DNA of 63,456 nt, the filler included, from Collodictyon triciliatum (taxonomy: Eukaryota): NCBI GenBank assembly GCA_043381765.1. It is 12 parts of 12 records of this genome, joined end to end, with 100 filler letters (N's around TTAATTAATTAA, not from the genome) between each part and the next. Parts side by side here need not be neighbours in the genome. Positions count along the whole stretch, not along the records: positions 32,636 to 38,262 come from JBHJMP010005064.1; positions 38,363 to 43,994 come from JBHJMP010005065.1; positions 44,095 to 49,720 come from JBHJMP010005066.1; 9 more parts are not named here. The stretch is one strand, 5' to 3'. Under the pieces are notes generated by a model. That model was not told the DNA's origin. It saw only the letters and a program-made list of their open reading frames with translations, and did not search any database. Both the position numbers and the translations under genes were made by a program. Of this stretch, positions 32,728 through 46,989 are shown in pieces (the first letter of the stretch is position 1; the number at the start of each line of letters is the position of its first letter).

Positions 32728-35700
32728 TTACTTTGCATTGGGCTCATTTTCTAGTTCATGTGCAGTAAATATATTCCGACGAAATTCAGCTGTAGACACG
32801 AAAATGCAATCATTAAATCTATCCAGATTATCGCTTATTCCAACAGAATAACTCTCTGTTGTGATGTTGTTCTCTGCCCAGCTAGAAGCATAGCCTAAAA
32901 AGACAAGAAAGTTTAGCATAATTTTAAATAAAGTTGACATGATGGTTAAAGTCCTCGTAATTACCACAAGATGAAGGAAAGGATGATTTTTTTTTGGAAT
33001 ATATGGGAATTATAAAATGAGGTATGGGTCAATACCTGTTTGAAATGCAAGGTCAATGTGAACAGCGGAAAAGTATTTTTTTGGTTCACCACATATGATC
33101 GATCTCGACAAAATTGAGTGCAGATTATCCAGCTGGAGCAAGGCGGCATTTTGAATATAGTTATTAACACCATTATTCAATCTCAATGGTTCTCTTCCAT
33201 GAAATTCGATCAGTTGAGTCAGGACTATAAACATGTTCTACACAAAATTAAAGAATTTTTTTTATTTACAAATAAAAATTAAGCAAAACATAATAATAAT
33301 GTGAAAGTGTATATTTTGTATATTCTTAAAGGGATTTACACAGATGAAGATACACATAATTTATTGTTTCTTTTTTTATAAAGGATCACAAGAGGAATTT
33401 TAACTTACCACCAGCACGGGGCGTGGGAGCTGAATATTATTCATAACGAGTTGAATTGAAGAATTTGAAAACGAGTTTGCCAGATAAATGATTTTTTCAA
33501 GTATAGTATGATTCATAGCAGAAGAGCTCAACACACACTTTACCATAATAGAGGAAACTGATAACAAGGAATCGGAAGAATGATATATCCTATCCCATGA
33601 CAAAATTGTGTCATTTAATATTGAAAATATTATCTCTCTCTTTCGAGGATTGGTACTTTCAATCAGATTCTGTCTATTTGACCGAGTGAACCGTAAGGAT
33701 GACTGACCGGCTATAAGAAAAATAAAAATGTTCTTACTGATATAATTATTAAAAAAGAGAAAATATTTGATCAGAATCAAGTCCTTGTTTAAATTGAATA
33801 AAGTATTAAAAAAATGGCGAATTATAATAAATAATAAATGAACGTATTGATGACCTTATTAATGGATAAATTAGTGAATTAATGAACAAATTAACGAATA
33901 AATGAACAAATTAATCAATACCTAAGCAATCTAGTATAATACTTGCCAGAGATAGTGTTCTATAGTAATCACCAGACATCAAAGCTTTTGAGTATTCGCC
34001 TTTGTAAACGATATTGATCGCTTCTGATATGTTCCTGGGTGATTCAACCGTAACATTGACTGACACTCTCCTACTCGCACCGTACCGGTTGGATATATCA
34101 ACAAATATAGTATGGTTTCCAGGGGGCAATATTGTTGATACAGAATATAGATTCGATTGATAAATAATTGTTTCTGTGTCCGAATGAGCACCTTTGAACA
34201 AGAATGTAAATACGAGTGGATAATTTTCTGGCAAGTCTTCCCAATAAATAGCATTTAGTTGGAATGAAGTAGAAAGGGCCTCTCCAAACACAGGGGAAAC
34301 ATTAAAAATACCTCCAGAAGGAGGAGTATTAGGAGAGAATGAAACGGAGGAAAAGCCATTATATGAACCATTAGATACTATAAGTCCTATATCATAAACT
34401 TGCCCATCAACTATTGAATATGGTAGGACCGTTACAGCTGTTTTTTCCTTCTTAAGAACTGTATCCAGCTTCATATTTAACATTCTGTTAGACTCTGTCC
34501 AATTGTAACTTAATGATGCCGATATTACATTTCTTAGCCTAATCTTATCTTTTGTCGGCAAATATCCATCAATGGGTAAGGGACTCCCTCTGACGATTTG
34601 ATTAGCTTCTACTCCAAGCGAAAGAGACACAGGAATAGGATTTCCTTCCATGTAAGTTAACCAACAATCGGCAACTGCTTTTCTATTTCCCTTTATTGCA
34701 TTCAGATAAAATATATATGTTCCAACAGGGAAGCTTCGGGGATTTATAGTTATTATTTTTCCAGTCCGTTTAAAACTAGAACAAGGGTCTTTGGGATCCA
34801 GAGTTTTTGATGAGCATGTCCAGTAATATGAAAAATCTCCAAAGAGAGAATCGTAGTCTATACCATTACCAATTAGTTGTACAGACTCAGAAACTCCGGC
34901 CCATCTATTAGCTCCTAAAATTTGAACAAAAATCTGGGATGGCAAAACGTTCAAATCAATAGAATAATAATTAGAACCAGTGTTACCACTCATTGATGCC
35001 AAAACCATCAAGGTAATTCTTTCTCCAATATAATTGCGAAGTGCACCAGGTGGAACGATCAATTTACTTTGTAATAGGAGACTGTCTTTTAGTCCGACAG
35101 AGACCTCGGCTGAGGAGCCATACTTGTAAAGTTTCCAGAGGATAGAAACAAAAGTAGAGTTTGTATTCACGCATGAACCAACTAGGGTGGTAGATGTGAA
35201 CGAGTATGCTAAATCAGCCCTGATATCCATGTATTGAGATCCGGATATTGTCACAGAGGGAGCCAATCCAATACCTCTGAAAGATGTAACGTTCTTGCTG
35301 CTTGATAGAGAAAGGAAATTAGTTACCGTCAGTTCGAAGGTAAATTTACTATTTTCGGGTAAAAGTTGGAAAATGGCATCATTCGGACTGAAAGATATTT
35401 TAGCTTCTGTGAAAAGGGATGCATATGTTTGGATGATCATGAAATCTATATTTGATAATTTCTGGCTTGAGTCATAGAACTTCCACAAGAATTTTAAGGT
35501 TTGAGAACCCCCGTAAGAGTTAGAGCCATCCATAACAAGGGGAGTGCAGTCACCAAAGCTGTTTCCAGTGGCAACTACGGTTGGATAGACATAAGCCTTA
35601 TAGCCTAATGATACAGTCCCTGAAGACGCCGGATAAAGTATTCTGCTTTCGTACCAAGTACCAGAGGATATGATATAATTTTCAGATATGGTTATATCAC

Positions 35701-38083
35701 TACCGATCGGGGGATAAAATTGATGATAGACTACTAAAGTTTTTCTATTTGCCCAGCTACACGTAGAGAGTGATCCAACTAGATGGAAGGTCTCTTTGCT
35801 GAGTAGATTCTGACATGAGTTATCATTTATTGCAGAACCCCAGTACCCCATATTTGTTTCTTTGTCAAACACAATTTCAATCGAATTAAGATTATCTGAA
35901 TAGTTCGCGCTCATTATAAATGGAGGATAAGAAGTATAAGCATATTTTGTGACTGAAATCAAGAACTGCTGATTATTTGGACTAAATTGTACGGTTACAA
36001 AAGCGGGAACCGTTGATGGGGGAACTCGACAGAGAGCAGACGATGAACTGACGATTATTGGTTTCGACGGCGATGGTATTGTTCCGAATATACAAGCCGC
36101 ATCCCGAACATATCCAATCTGAAAACCTTTACCAGATATAGTAGCAAAAGAACTGCCAGCCAAAGGCCCCGAGGTTGGTGCAATGGATTCGAGAGACATG
36201 TCAGAAAATACAAAGTTTTCGGGACCGATAGTCCTCGATCCAGACACTGCAGTGATTTGAACAATGCCGGGCTGATATGAGGATGCGGGTGGAATGTCAA
36301 AAGAGTAGAAGCCATTTCCCAGCGATTTCGTAGGAAATGTACGAGGAGGATTCATTCCAAATCTCACTCTTGAGAAATCATCACGCAAAAAACTACTGGA
36401 AAATACAACATTCGTTTTCTCTGATATTATTGCTATGTTTGGCGTTATGGATGTAAATCCAGAGCTGTAGAATTCAAAATGGAATTGTCTGGTTTGCTCA
36501 TTTTTTTGTCCTCCGACAATAACAGAAACAATCAAAGAAGATCCTTCGGTCTTTCTCAATGCAGGATAACATATCATTTCAGAGTCTTTGATCCATATAG
36601 TCGAATCACAAGGAACAGAATCTATGTAAACAATTTGATCTCCTTGCGAAGGCCCAAAATTTAGACCAGTCAGGGTTATGGGTATAGAGCCTAAAAGACT
36701 TGCTTTAGCTGGGAAAACTTCTTTGATTAGCAAAGGGGGATCATAAGACCAAATTAAGGTGTTTGATATAATGTTATTAATTGAAATAAAAACCGGAATA
36801 TTTTTTCCGACACCTGGGCAACTGTAAAAGGTAATATTTGTTGGCCAAACCTTTATTGGGGTTATTTGACAGCTCCCAAAGTTAACCAATATTTTAACAA
36901 ATGAATCGTTTCTGCCCAAGAAATCTCCAAATATAGATATTTCCTGGCCTCCTACGGCTGGACCTGAGTTTGGTGATATTGTGGTTAATATTGGAGGAGA
37001 ATAGCTCCAAAGTCTGTTGCTAGCGGTACTTGAAGAGCCACACACGACTTTGATATCGAGATTGGAGCCTCTTCCAGGCGGCGGAGAGACAATAATTACG
37101 GATGGACTATTATATGACATGACAACGGAGAGAACAGAGTTAAACATAACTTTGGGGCTTGAACAAAAAGCGGGGCCTCGTATGGTGACTATCGGATAGC
37201 CTCCTCCAACTTGGCCAACAGAAGGAGATATAGATGCAATTACTGGAATAAAGGTCCAATTAGTGCTAACACTTTGTCCTCCGACCTCTAAAACTAATTT
37301 CTGAAGAGAAACCACATCTTTACCCGAAGGGGTTTCAAAAATTATCAATGGATTGGATCGGAATATTATGGACGATCTGGGAACAAGATCTTCAGCGATT
37401 GATATTGAGAAATCCCCCAAGATCGAATAAGACCCGAAATTTGAGCCTGCGATAGTAACCAAGGTTTTTCCGGTAACAGGCCCACTCGTAGGAGATAACA
37501 TTAAAATTTCTGGACCAAAAAAGCTAAAAGTGACATTTGGATTAGAAATTGTGCAGTTGAAAAGCGTGGCTTTTACTAAAAGTTTTTGTCCAACACCATT
37601 AGGGACCGTAAAATAGGCTAAATGATCGGATTCTACAAATAATTGTGAAGAATAGAGTGAGCCTAAATGTACTTGGAAGAATTTAGAGCTGATCCCTTGG
37701 AGGTTACTACCATATACATATACACGTCGTTTCAAAGCAATGGACTCCACTGGGAGGTGGTCTGGAACAATCTTTTTAATGGAAGGTTCAATATATGTGA
37801 ACGTAGCGTTTGACTTACAGTTCATCCCAGAGTAACAAACATACACATAATATGAACCGGATTGCCCTTGCCCAGACACACAAAATGCACTCGTATCATT
37901 AAAGAAACCAAACTTAAAACATGGAAAACCTCCAATGTAAATATATAAATTCCCTGTTTTTTTCTGAAAATTTGTTCCAAATATAGTGATATATGTACCT
38001 CCACCAACACCGCCAGCGATGTTATCAATGTGCGATACAAAAGATAAATTTTCAAACTCCGACTGAGACGGGAAGCGAGACAA
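32728..38083 (-). CDS. Large cell-surface protein: tandem IPT/TIG domains + REJ/PKD module (polycystin-like), partial at both ends
   Basis: 4.1-kb exon with repeated I.sisP.sGp..Gg..itI.G.nF (TIG) units and the REJ motif [24 protein letters not shown]....WED...YPL.F.F. Further exons run down to about 32728. Confidence 0.85.
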
Positions 38084-38084
38084 A

Positions 38085-38262
38085 GATTGGGATTGGGATT
38101 GAGATTGAGATTGGGACTGGGACTGAGATTGAAACTGAGACTGAGACTGAGACTGAGACTGAGACTGAGACTGAGACTGAGACTGAGACTGAGACTGAGA
38201 CTGAGACTGAGACTGAGACTGAGACTGAGACTGCGACTGGGATTGAGACTGAGACTGGGATT
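38085..38262. repeat. (GAGACT)n microsatellite at contig end
   Basis: Seen directly in the sequence. Confidence 0.9.
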
Positions 38263-38692
38263 NNNNNNNNNNNNNNNNNNNNNNNNNNNNNNNNNNNNNN
38301 NNNNNNTTAATTAATTAANNNNNNNNNNNNNNNNNNNNNNNNNNNNNNNNNNNNNNNNNNNNATTAGTATTTGTTATTAGTATTTGTTATTAGTATTTGT
38401 TATTAGTATTTGTTATTAGTATTTGTTATTAGTATTTGTTATTAGTATTTGTTATTAGTATTGTTATTTGTATTTGTATTTGTATTTGTATTTGTATTTG
38501 TATTTGTATTTGTATTTGTATTTGTATTTGTATTTGTATTTGTATCACCCCATTTCTTTTGTTGACTCCCCACCAAGTTAGTTGAAACATATTATCGATA
38601 CTCTATTAATTGGCTACTACCCCTATATTACCATGCGTGCCTTGAAAGCAGGAACCAATTACGAATAAGCTTGTTATAGAAAGATTGGTAAA

Positions 38693-41073
38693 ATGACACA
38701 GTATCTCGCATTTGCCTCTGGTAAATGCGTTTGGACTCTGGATCCGTTGCAAAATACTGTGCTGTCCTCCTTCCAGCCGATTGGCAATGTTGTTCGATCA
38801 GTTGTTTGGAATCATAATAGTAAGTTTTCTTTGTTCCATGGAAGACTAGCCGAGCATGCTCTCGATTACACTTACCTTTGTTCATTCGAAGTAATCTTGG
38901 TCATGCTTTATTTATAAATACTCCTATATACTACTTCATCCTCAAAGTGTCCCCATCACATTGAATTAAAATCTTGTTAGTTTGTGAACATTCATACTTA
39001 ATCTCTATATTACAATAAGGTCAAGTATTGGCCTCTACTGGCGATAGCGGAATCATCTCACTAAATCTTCCAAACGGAAGCCCAGTTGACGCTCTTCCTC
39101 ACGAACAAGAAAGACCTCCCAGCTTGGTCAGAGTCTTTCCTATACCAGATATATAGTTTTTTTTTTGTTCATACTAAGCTGATAAAACCAAAATGAAAAA
39201 TTAAGTCATGGACGCCTTTATTTAAATTACTTCTATCTAAACGCATATATTTCCATTAAGGCATAATTTTATCGGCAACTTCCTCACATTCATCATTTCT
39301 ATCTTGTTTTTCTTACTTTGAAACCGATCAGGATGAGGAAATGAAATGCATAGGATTTACTAGCACGTCAAGACATATGTTTACTGGAGGAAGCTTGCGA
39401 GTTATCAAGTTATGGGATTTGAAAAAGAGATCTCTACAAAAAATCTTAAAGGTAAAAACCTTGGTCCTCCAAGATAATAGGAACAATTTTCCCCCTTTAT
39501 TCGGTTGAAGTTATCAGGAAAGAATCTTGGTTTTGTTTCTTTGTTTCTTTGTTTTCTTTGTTTTCTTTGTTTTCTTTGTTTTCTTTGTTTTCTTTGTTTT
39601 CTTTGTTTTCTTTGTTTTCTTTGTTTTCTTTGTTTTCTTTGTTTCTTTGTTTCTTTGTTTCTTTGTTTCTTTGTCAAAATTTTCATTTCTTATTGCACTG
39701 TAATACAAAATACTATAATCGTCTTCATTTATACATGAAATTGTGACTTCATAAAAAAATTCTATACCTCCTATTACGATTTATCAGGGACATACCAATA
39801 CAATTACATGCGCAAGTATGTGTCAAGGAGACTCTGGTATTGCATCTGGTTCAGCATCTGGAGAGACAATAATACACCACTTTGACGAGCACTGGTCAGA
39901 AACACGTTTGAATCCAAAAGACTTTCAGGTTTATTCTCTTTCAAGAGATATTAGGAACTTTTACAGTCATGAAATTTATCACCAAGCTATTTAAATATAT
40001 AATTATTTTATTTTTGCTATGAACTCATACTTTGTTTGACTCGCCTTTAATAGAGGTCACCAGTGACAAGTCTGCAAGCTTCTCCTTTTAACCGAAGCCA
40101 AGTCGTGAATTCCTGTGAGGATGGTAGCATAAGGTTGTGGGATATCACATCTCGCACAATCGAATGCGAGTTTCCCTTGCAACATAACTCTATCGCAACC
40201 GCCGTTGCTTTTTCAACTTTGAATCCGATATTTCTTGCCAGCGTTGGTCTCGATCGGAAGATTGTTTTTTATGATTTGAGCGCACAAAAGTATGTATATC
40301 ATAATATTGAGCGCATTCAATTCAGAAACTATTGCTTGGGCAAGATGGGCTAAATCAAAACAGAATTGCTATTAAAAACTATATGCAACAAGCTGCTTTA
40401 TTTTGCTATCATTTGTTGATATTCATTCTCGATAAAAATGCCAACTACTAAGAAATTATTATTCACATAAAATCACTCATAATGCCAGGGTTATTCAGTC
40501 AATCATCTTGAACGAACCCACGTGTTCATTATGCTTCAAAGATGACGGTATCACGATAGCTCTCGGTTCTGTTGATGGTATAGTACATAACCATGGAAAT
40601 ATGAAAGAAATAAATTTATCTTTCTCGATATTTACGTACCTCAGCAGGAAAGGTTACACTCACTTTATGTCTCAACTATTATCTCTCATTTAGGAAAAAT
40701 TTACACTTACGATTTGCGGAATACTGTTCAATATTTATCTACTTTTGACTCCGCCACAAGGACGCACATACCGTCTTTGTCCTTCCAATCTTTTAAGATT
40801 GCAAACAAAGTAATTTTCATATATTTGTGTGATTTATTATTTTATTTTGTGCATGGGAATAGATTTGCGATAATATTTTTTTATCGCTACATCTAACTCT
40901 ACCACATAGAAACAAAGTTCTGGTGTTTCGTCTACTTCTCACTCGACACCAAATGTAAGTATGTCCAGTTCCTCTATTGACAAAATGAAACCATCGCCAC
41001 TGGAGAGCACAAGATATAGTAGTGAACGAGGCGTAATTATTCTATAGATGATCAAATATATATTCCCTTTTTT

Positions 41074-41169
<96 letters not shown>

Positions 41170-43243
41170 TGTTCCATATGTATCACTCAACCAATGTATT
41201 ATCTACAGGAAACCAAACCCTCCGCAAGTGTTGAGTTTCATTCTTTAAGAATATCAGGTTCGCATATTCCAATACCAAAAGTAATGTTATGGAAAAATTA
41301 TCAGTCGTTTGGAATATTTGCGCAATAAATAAGATTTCACTTTGACTCTTTTTTACTACGAAATACTTCGATCAATTGAAGACGAAGGCTCAGTTCATTT
41401 TAAGGAGTATGTATAGTAATTTTTCATATAAGAGCTGTTTTCATATTTTGTTTACATATTCACATCCTGCTCCATAAAACTAGAGAAATGCAAGCAACTT
41501 CCGAAGGCTCGTTGAAAACCTCCTCTGGATTCAAGATTCCAGAACCAAAGGTATTTTTTTGAAGCCAACTAATTATATGGTTCCATTCAGAGTATCTGGG
41601 AGTTGTTTTCACCAACATGCCAAGAAAATCACATAGACAACAAAAGCTACAAATCAACTTGGTGATTCGATCAGGGTCGTGTCTGCTACCCAAACTCCTC
41701 CAGCGATGCCGCCTGGATTAAATGGGAAAGTTCCATCACATACCCCTGATGGCGTAGATTTCAACCCAAATTATAGCTCAGCGAAAGTTGCGGTGGAACC
41801 GTTATCATCAATGTACGACTTTGGAAAATCCTCTTTTATAAGTTATGCTTTTTGCTTATCACCATGTATTCACTAATTTCATATTTATCTCGAATAAATA
41901 GCCGAAGTGGCTTCGACGGACAATCACTGTCGTCGTCTCTGAAGCAAGCTTCTGATGTAACTCCAACGAGGACGCCAAGTTCAAACCAGGGTCGGCTCGC
42001 TCCAACCAATGGCGATATATCACTAAGCTCATTGTAATGAACTATCATAACATCGCAGTTTGATAGACATTTTCTGTTCGGAATAAGGGGTTAGGGTTCA
42101 GGCTCTTTTTTTCTTTTGATGCTTTTAAACTCTACATATTTAAAAGGGAGAAGAGCCGCATACAAAGACGGTCTGGTTCTGTAGACCCTGTCATGCAAAT
42201 GAGCCCGGGTAGGACAATAGTTTATGTGCATATATACTGTAAAATTGATGCACAATGACCTGAAGTATATATACTAATGCATCCACTGAAATAACACAGC
42301 TCGCGTTGGGAGAAGTGAAAAGGAAATGTATACGCGTAAGCCTGATGGTCCAATCACCACAACGGGCATCGATTTCAAATCTACAGAACTGAGCGATATC
42401 CATGGCTTTTCAGACGGTATATACACTAAGCCAGCAAACCAACCACACCAGATAGCCCCCGAACGTATATCGAAACTACAGAATGAGCCAACAAAGCCAA
42501 TTATTTCTACTAGCAATATTATGAATGAGAACAATGGTACCAGAGCCAAGGCAAATGCTTATGCTCCTGCTAGTCTCGCTCAGGATGATAGAGACCATCT
42601 TCCAACACAGGCTACTTCTGGGGATAAATTGGCTCAAAATCTAAGCACTCGCCCTCTTCCAGCACCAGCCTCAAGCGATATGATACATTCGACTCACCGA
42701 CCACAATNNNNNNNNNNNNNNNNNNNNNNNNNNNNNNNNNNNNNNNNNNNNNNNNNNNNNNNNNNNNNNNNNNNNNNNNNNNNNNNNNNNNNNNNNNNNN
42801 NNNNNNNNNNNNNNNNNNNNNNNNNNNNNNNNNNNNNNNNNNNNNNNNNNNNNNNNNNNNNNNNNNNNNNNNNNNNNNNNNNNNNNNNNNNNNNNNNNNN
42901 NNNNNNNNNNNNNNNNNNNNNNNNNNNNNNNNNNNNNNNNNNNNNNNNNNNNNNNNNNNNNNNNNNNNNNNNNNNNNNNNNNNNNNNNNNNNNNNNNNNN
43001 NNNNNNNNNNNNNNNNNNNNNNNNNNNNNNNNNNNNNNNNNNNNNNNNNNNNNNNNNNNNNNNNNNNNNNNNNNNNNNNNNNNNNNNNNNNNNNNNNNNN
43101 NNNNNNNNNNNNNNNGTCCTTATCGTAGTTTAATTTAGGTCGCGCTAAAGCGCCTCGCGGATGCCATTGAATCACGGGACGAGAAAGAGGTGCAAATAAA
43201 AGCACTTACAGATGAAATAAGGAGGCTGAAAACTTTCTACTGA
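38693..43243 (+). CDS. NEDD1: NEDD1/GCP-WD gamma-tubulin targeting factor (internal N gap 42708-43115)
   Basis: N-terminal WD40 repeats (VVWNHN.QVLAS, IKLWDLKKR, GHTNTIT...IASGSASGETIIH, LASVGLDRKIVFYD), a Ser/Pro-rich middle, and a C-terminal helix ...IKALTDEIRRLKTFY*. Confidence 0.8.
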
Positions 43244-44293
43244 ACAATCCGGCTGTAGCACAATTTTAATTGAATAAAGTGATATTGGGATAGTGGGTCG
43301 CACGACTCCGGGACAACTGGCCTAACACATTTAAGTTTGTTGATGAACCGCACTGTTGCCGAAATGACTATCAAATGTGATATATAAAATGCATTTTCGA
43401 TTCCTTGGTATTATGAGTATTTAATTCGTTGTATCATGATGCGAGTAGAAGACGCCATCATCCTGACGAGCAACCAACCTTTCTGCTTAGCGCAAGCAGA
43501 TTAACTCCCATCGAAAATATATCCAGTAACGGAAATATTATTCTTAAAGTCCAGTTCAAGCATGAATTAAATTTTCAATAAGTGTCTCCTGAAATGGTAA
43601 CATTTGTGCCGTTGTGGCGTCAAATGAACTTAAGTTCTGAAAAGGCAGTTGAAAAGCTCTTTTTTTCTCATTAAGATTGCTATTTAATTGGATTTTTTTG
43701 GATTTTTTTTTTTTTGAAAGGTGAGGTCAACTGGCCTAATTGTCCTATTTAGTGCGCCCTTTTGTTTCATCCAACCAGGTTTTGTATCTTCCGTTTTAAC
43801 TGGACATGCAGCCCTTTCAGTGCATGGCATTTGTCCTGTTGCTGGCCCGCTTGAGGATCAGCTTCCAATAGTTCTGTCATTTGTTTCTTTTTCTTTTTCT
43901 CTTTCTTTTTCTCTTTCTCTTTCTCTTTCTCTTTCTCTTTCTCTTTCTCTTTCTCTTTCTCTTTCTCTTTCTCTTTCTCTTTCTCTTTCTCTTTNNNNNN
44001 NNNNNNNNNNNNNNNNNNNNNNNNNNNNNNNNNNNNNNTTAATTAATTAANNNNNNNNNNNNNNNNNNNNNNNNNNNNNNNNNNNNNNNNNNNNTTTTGT
44101 TTTTTTTTTTTTTTTTTTTTTTTTTTTGTATGTAATGCATGTAACGTATATATTGAATGCATTTATTATCCATATACCCAAATATTCGTGTAATCTATTC
44201 AGGGCTATCAAAGCTTATCGCGCTTGCGTCTGAATATTACCTATTCATATGACAGAGAACTTAACAACATGCTGTTTTTTTTTTCCTTTTCAG

Positions 44294-46623
44294 TTGGATG
44301 GATAGCGCTGCGTCTTTCTATAATTTGGCTCCGATACTTTCTAAGAGGATGCCATCTGCAAGATTTGTTGCTATCGATTTGCCAGGCCATGGAAAAAGTT
44401 CACACCGCCCACCGGGTTAGTTTTATTCAATTCCAGTAGATCCCATCTTCTATCTTATCTCGAATCGACACTTATATGATGAGTAGGATCGTTTTACTAT
44501 TTCACTGATTACATCGGCGACGTGCACGCTTTTGTTACCAATCATTTAAAGTGGTCACATTTCGACGTGATAGGTTTTTCTATTTAAAAATGTTCAATCC
44601 TCTTCCATTTGATACATATTACCCATGATATAAAACAATTGGAAATCGATATGTCTTCTCCAACTTCAAAATGAAAACAACCAGATATACCTGAAAATCA
44701 TGCACCTTGGTATATTCCTATACATCCTCTCCTCAGGTTCTTATTTTTTTCTTCCTCTCAGTTTCCCTTGACTTATTCTATTTATGCAGGACACAGCATG
44801 GGAGGAAACGTAGGAATGCTGCTCTCTGCATCATTTCCGGAGTTAGTTCAGGTTTTTTTTGAAAAAAAAATTAACAAATGTTTTCTACTAGTAGCCGAAA
44901 AAACCACCAAAAAGCTATAATATCTCCAGTTAGTAATGCCGACTTTGGGTGAAAACTAATCATTTGATATTCATTCTCATTCGGGTTTGATGAAAGAGGG
45001 AAAATCTTGAGTAATTCACGAGAATACACGTTATGCGCAGCCTCATTTATTTTTCTAACGAATGCTTAAATATAAAGAAATTAGTGATGATAGATATAAT
45101 TGGGCCGATGCCGACGATTCCAGCAATCATGGTTTCTCGATATTTTAATATAATATGAACAACCATAAAAGATTGTTTTATCGTCACTATCATATAATTC
45201 ACATACAGTTTCCGATAGATATATTTCTTTTAATGAAGACGTTGGCTGCCTTATACTGGCGCCCATTTTGATAAACAAATTAATGAGAATGTGATTTTAA
45301 GCCATATGTTTGATATTTGATTGTAGGCCGCCAGTCAATTAAGAAAAGGCGTTTTGGAACGCTCTTTGGCTTTGGAACATATTCAAAAGGTATTTCTGAC
45401 AAATTTTGAAGCTAACACGATAATCCTTACGAATATACACTCTTCTGAAAGATGCACCAATTATTGTTTTCTTTTCTTTATATACATGTATATTGTTTTA
45501 TATTCTTCTTCCTTTTGATATCTTTGAATTTTAGTTTCACTGTGCCCACTTTTTTCAGCATATGATGTAAAAAAAAAAAAAAAAAAGAAAGAGGCATTAT
45601 AGAATAGTTTGTTTAATTGCTCCGCGTAGGGCCCGAAGCTGTATCCATCATTGGAGGATGCGATCAACCGTCTCGCAAATAGCGAGTGGTCCTCTAGCAT
45701 GAAGCGAGAATCTATCCAAATTTTGGCAGAGAGACAAGTCAAAAGGTGACTTTTTTTTTTTTTTTGTGAATCATACTTTCAGTGTTGATGGAAAATCTTT
45801 ATTCACTCGAAGAGATGCAACTTAGAGTGACGACGACAGATTCATCGACTGGCTCGTTAAAAGAGGGATTTGCATTCAATCATGACCCAAAACTTCGAGC
45901 AGCAGCACCAGCAAGATTGAGTGAAGAGCAGGTACGACGGGCTACTTATGACCCATTTCTTTTTATGTATAAAAAATCAGCAAACTAATGGTTCTTTTAA
46001 ACATTTTGTCAAAATAATAACAGAAATAAATAAAAAGGTATATGCGTATGCTGCTGCAATAAAATGTCCGGTTTATATACTAGCTGCTCTGGGTAATTAC
46101 AAAAAATTAATTTGCTTATATCTCGTGTCCAGGACCTCACAAATATCACCCCATGAAAATTTAATTTATGCGTTTGGCTGATTTACTAAAATTATATGGG
46201 TTCATATGGGTAGCATATCATAAATTTGTACAGCATGACGCAAAATGGGTTGAAAAGAGAAGAGTGGCATTTAAATCCCTTGAGGTTGCCGATATGAAGG
46301 TTTCTTTCTGATTTATCAAGCTCCTTTCTTTTTTTTTTTTAATAAATATATATAATCTCACGTCGCTATATTGTTGCTGAGTTTTTAATAGCACACCTGT
46401 TTATTATCATGATATGGATTATTTATTAATTCACTTGTTTGTTCATTAAAAAAAAATGATAGTAGTAATGATTTCCAAACCACAGGCTGGACATCACCCA
46501 CACTTGGATGAGCCGGCGGTGGTTGCTGACAAGATTCTTCGGTTCTTTGGGGAGCCTGATGCAGTGGGATTTACAGAGAGTTCCCAGAAAAAGAAAGATG
46601 ACAGTATACCAAGACTTGAATAA
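44294..46623 (+). CDS. Alpha/beta hydrolase, SERHL-like, 5' partial
   Basis: WMDSAASF, AIDLPGHGKSSHRP, GHSMGG nucleophile elbow, KLVMID..GP, HDPKLR, GHHPHLDEP. Confidence 0.88.
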
Positions 46624-46989
46624 TGTCTACTGTCCTGAGGCATGTATAGCATCCCAGATACTGACTTTGATACTAATAATAATAATAAAAAAAAAAATGG
46701 ACTGCTACAATAAGGAAATATAAAAAAGACAATGTGGGGCAAGGGAAGAAAAATGAGCAAAATATCTCCTGATGAGCACTTTCTAATAAGGGGATGAAAG
46801 TTTTTTTTTTATTTGTTTGTTGGTGACATCTTAAATCTTGTCTCTTTATTAATTGAATATTTTGATTGGTATTGTGGTCGTATTCAAAAATAAACGTTCC
46901 GGTATTACTATAGCAATCGCGCAGGTTCAGAAGCGCATTTTTTTTTTTAAAAGAGCGATTTTCATATCTAATAGAATTCGTATCATTTT

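Noticed and set aside
42085-42100. Isolated TTAGGG-like words (also near 28881, 54268, 54613) as telomeric seeds
   Set aside because: They are single or double units only, expected by chance.
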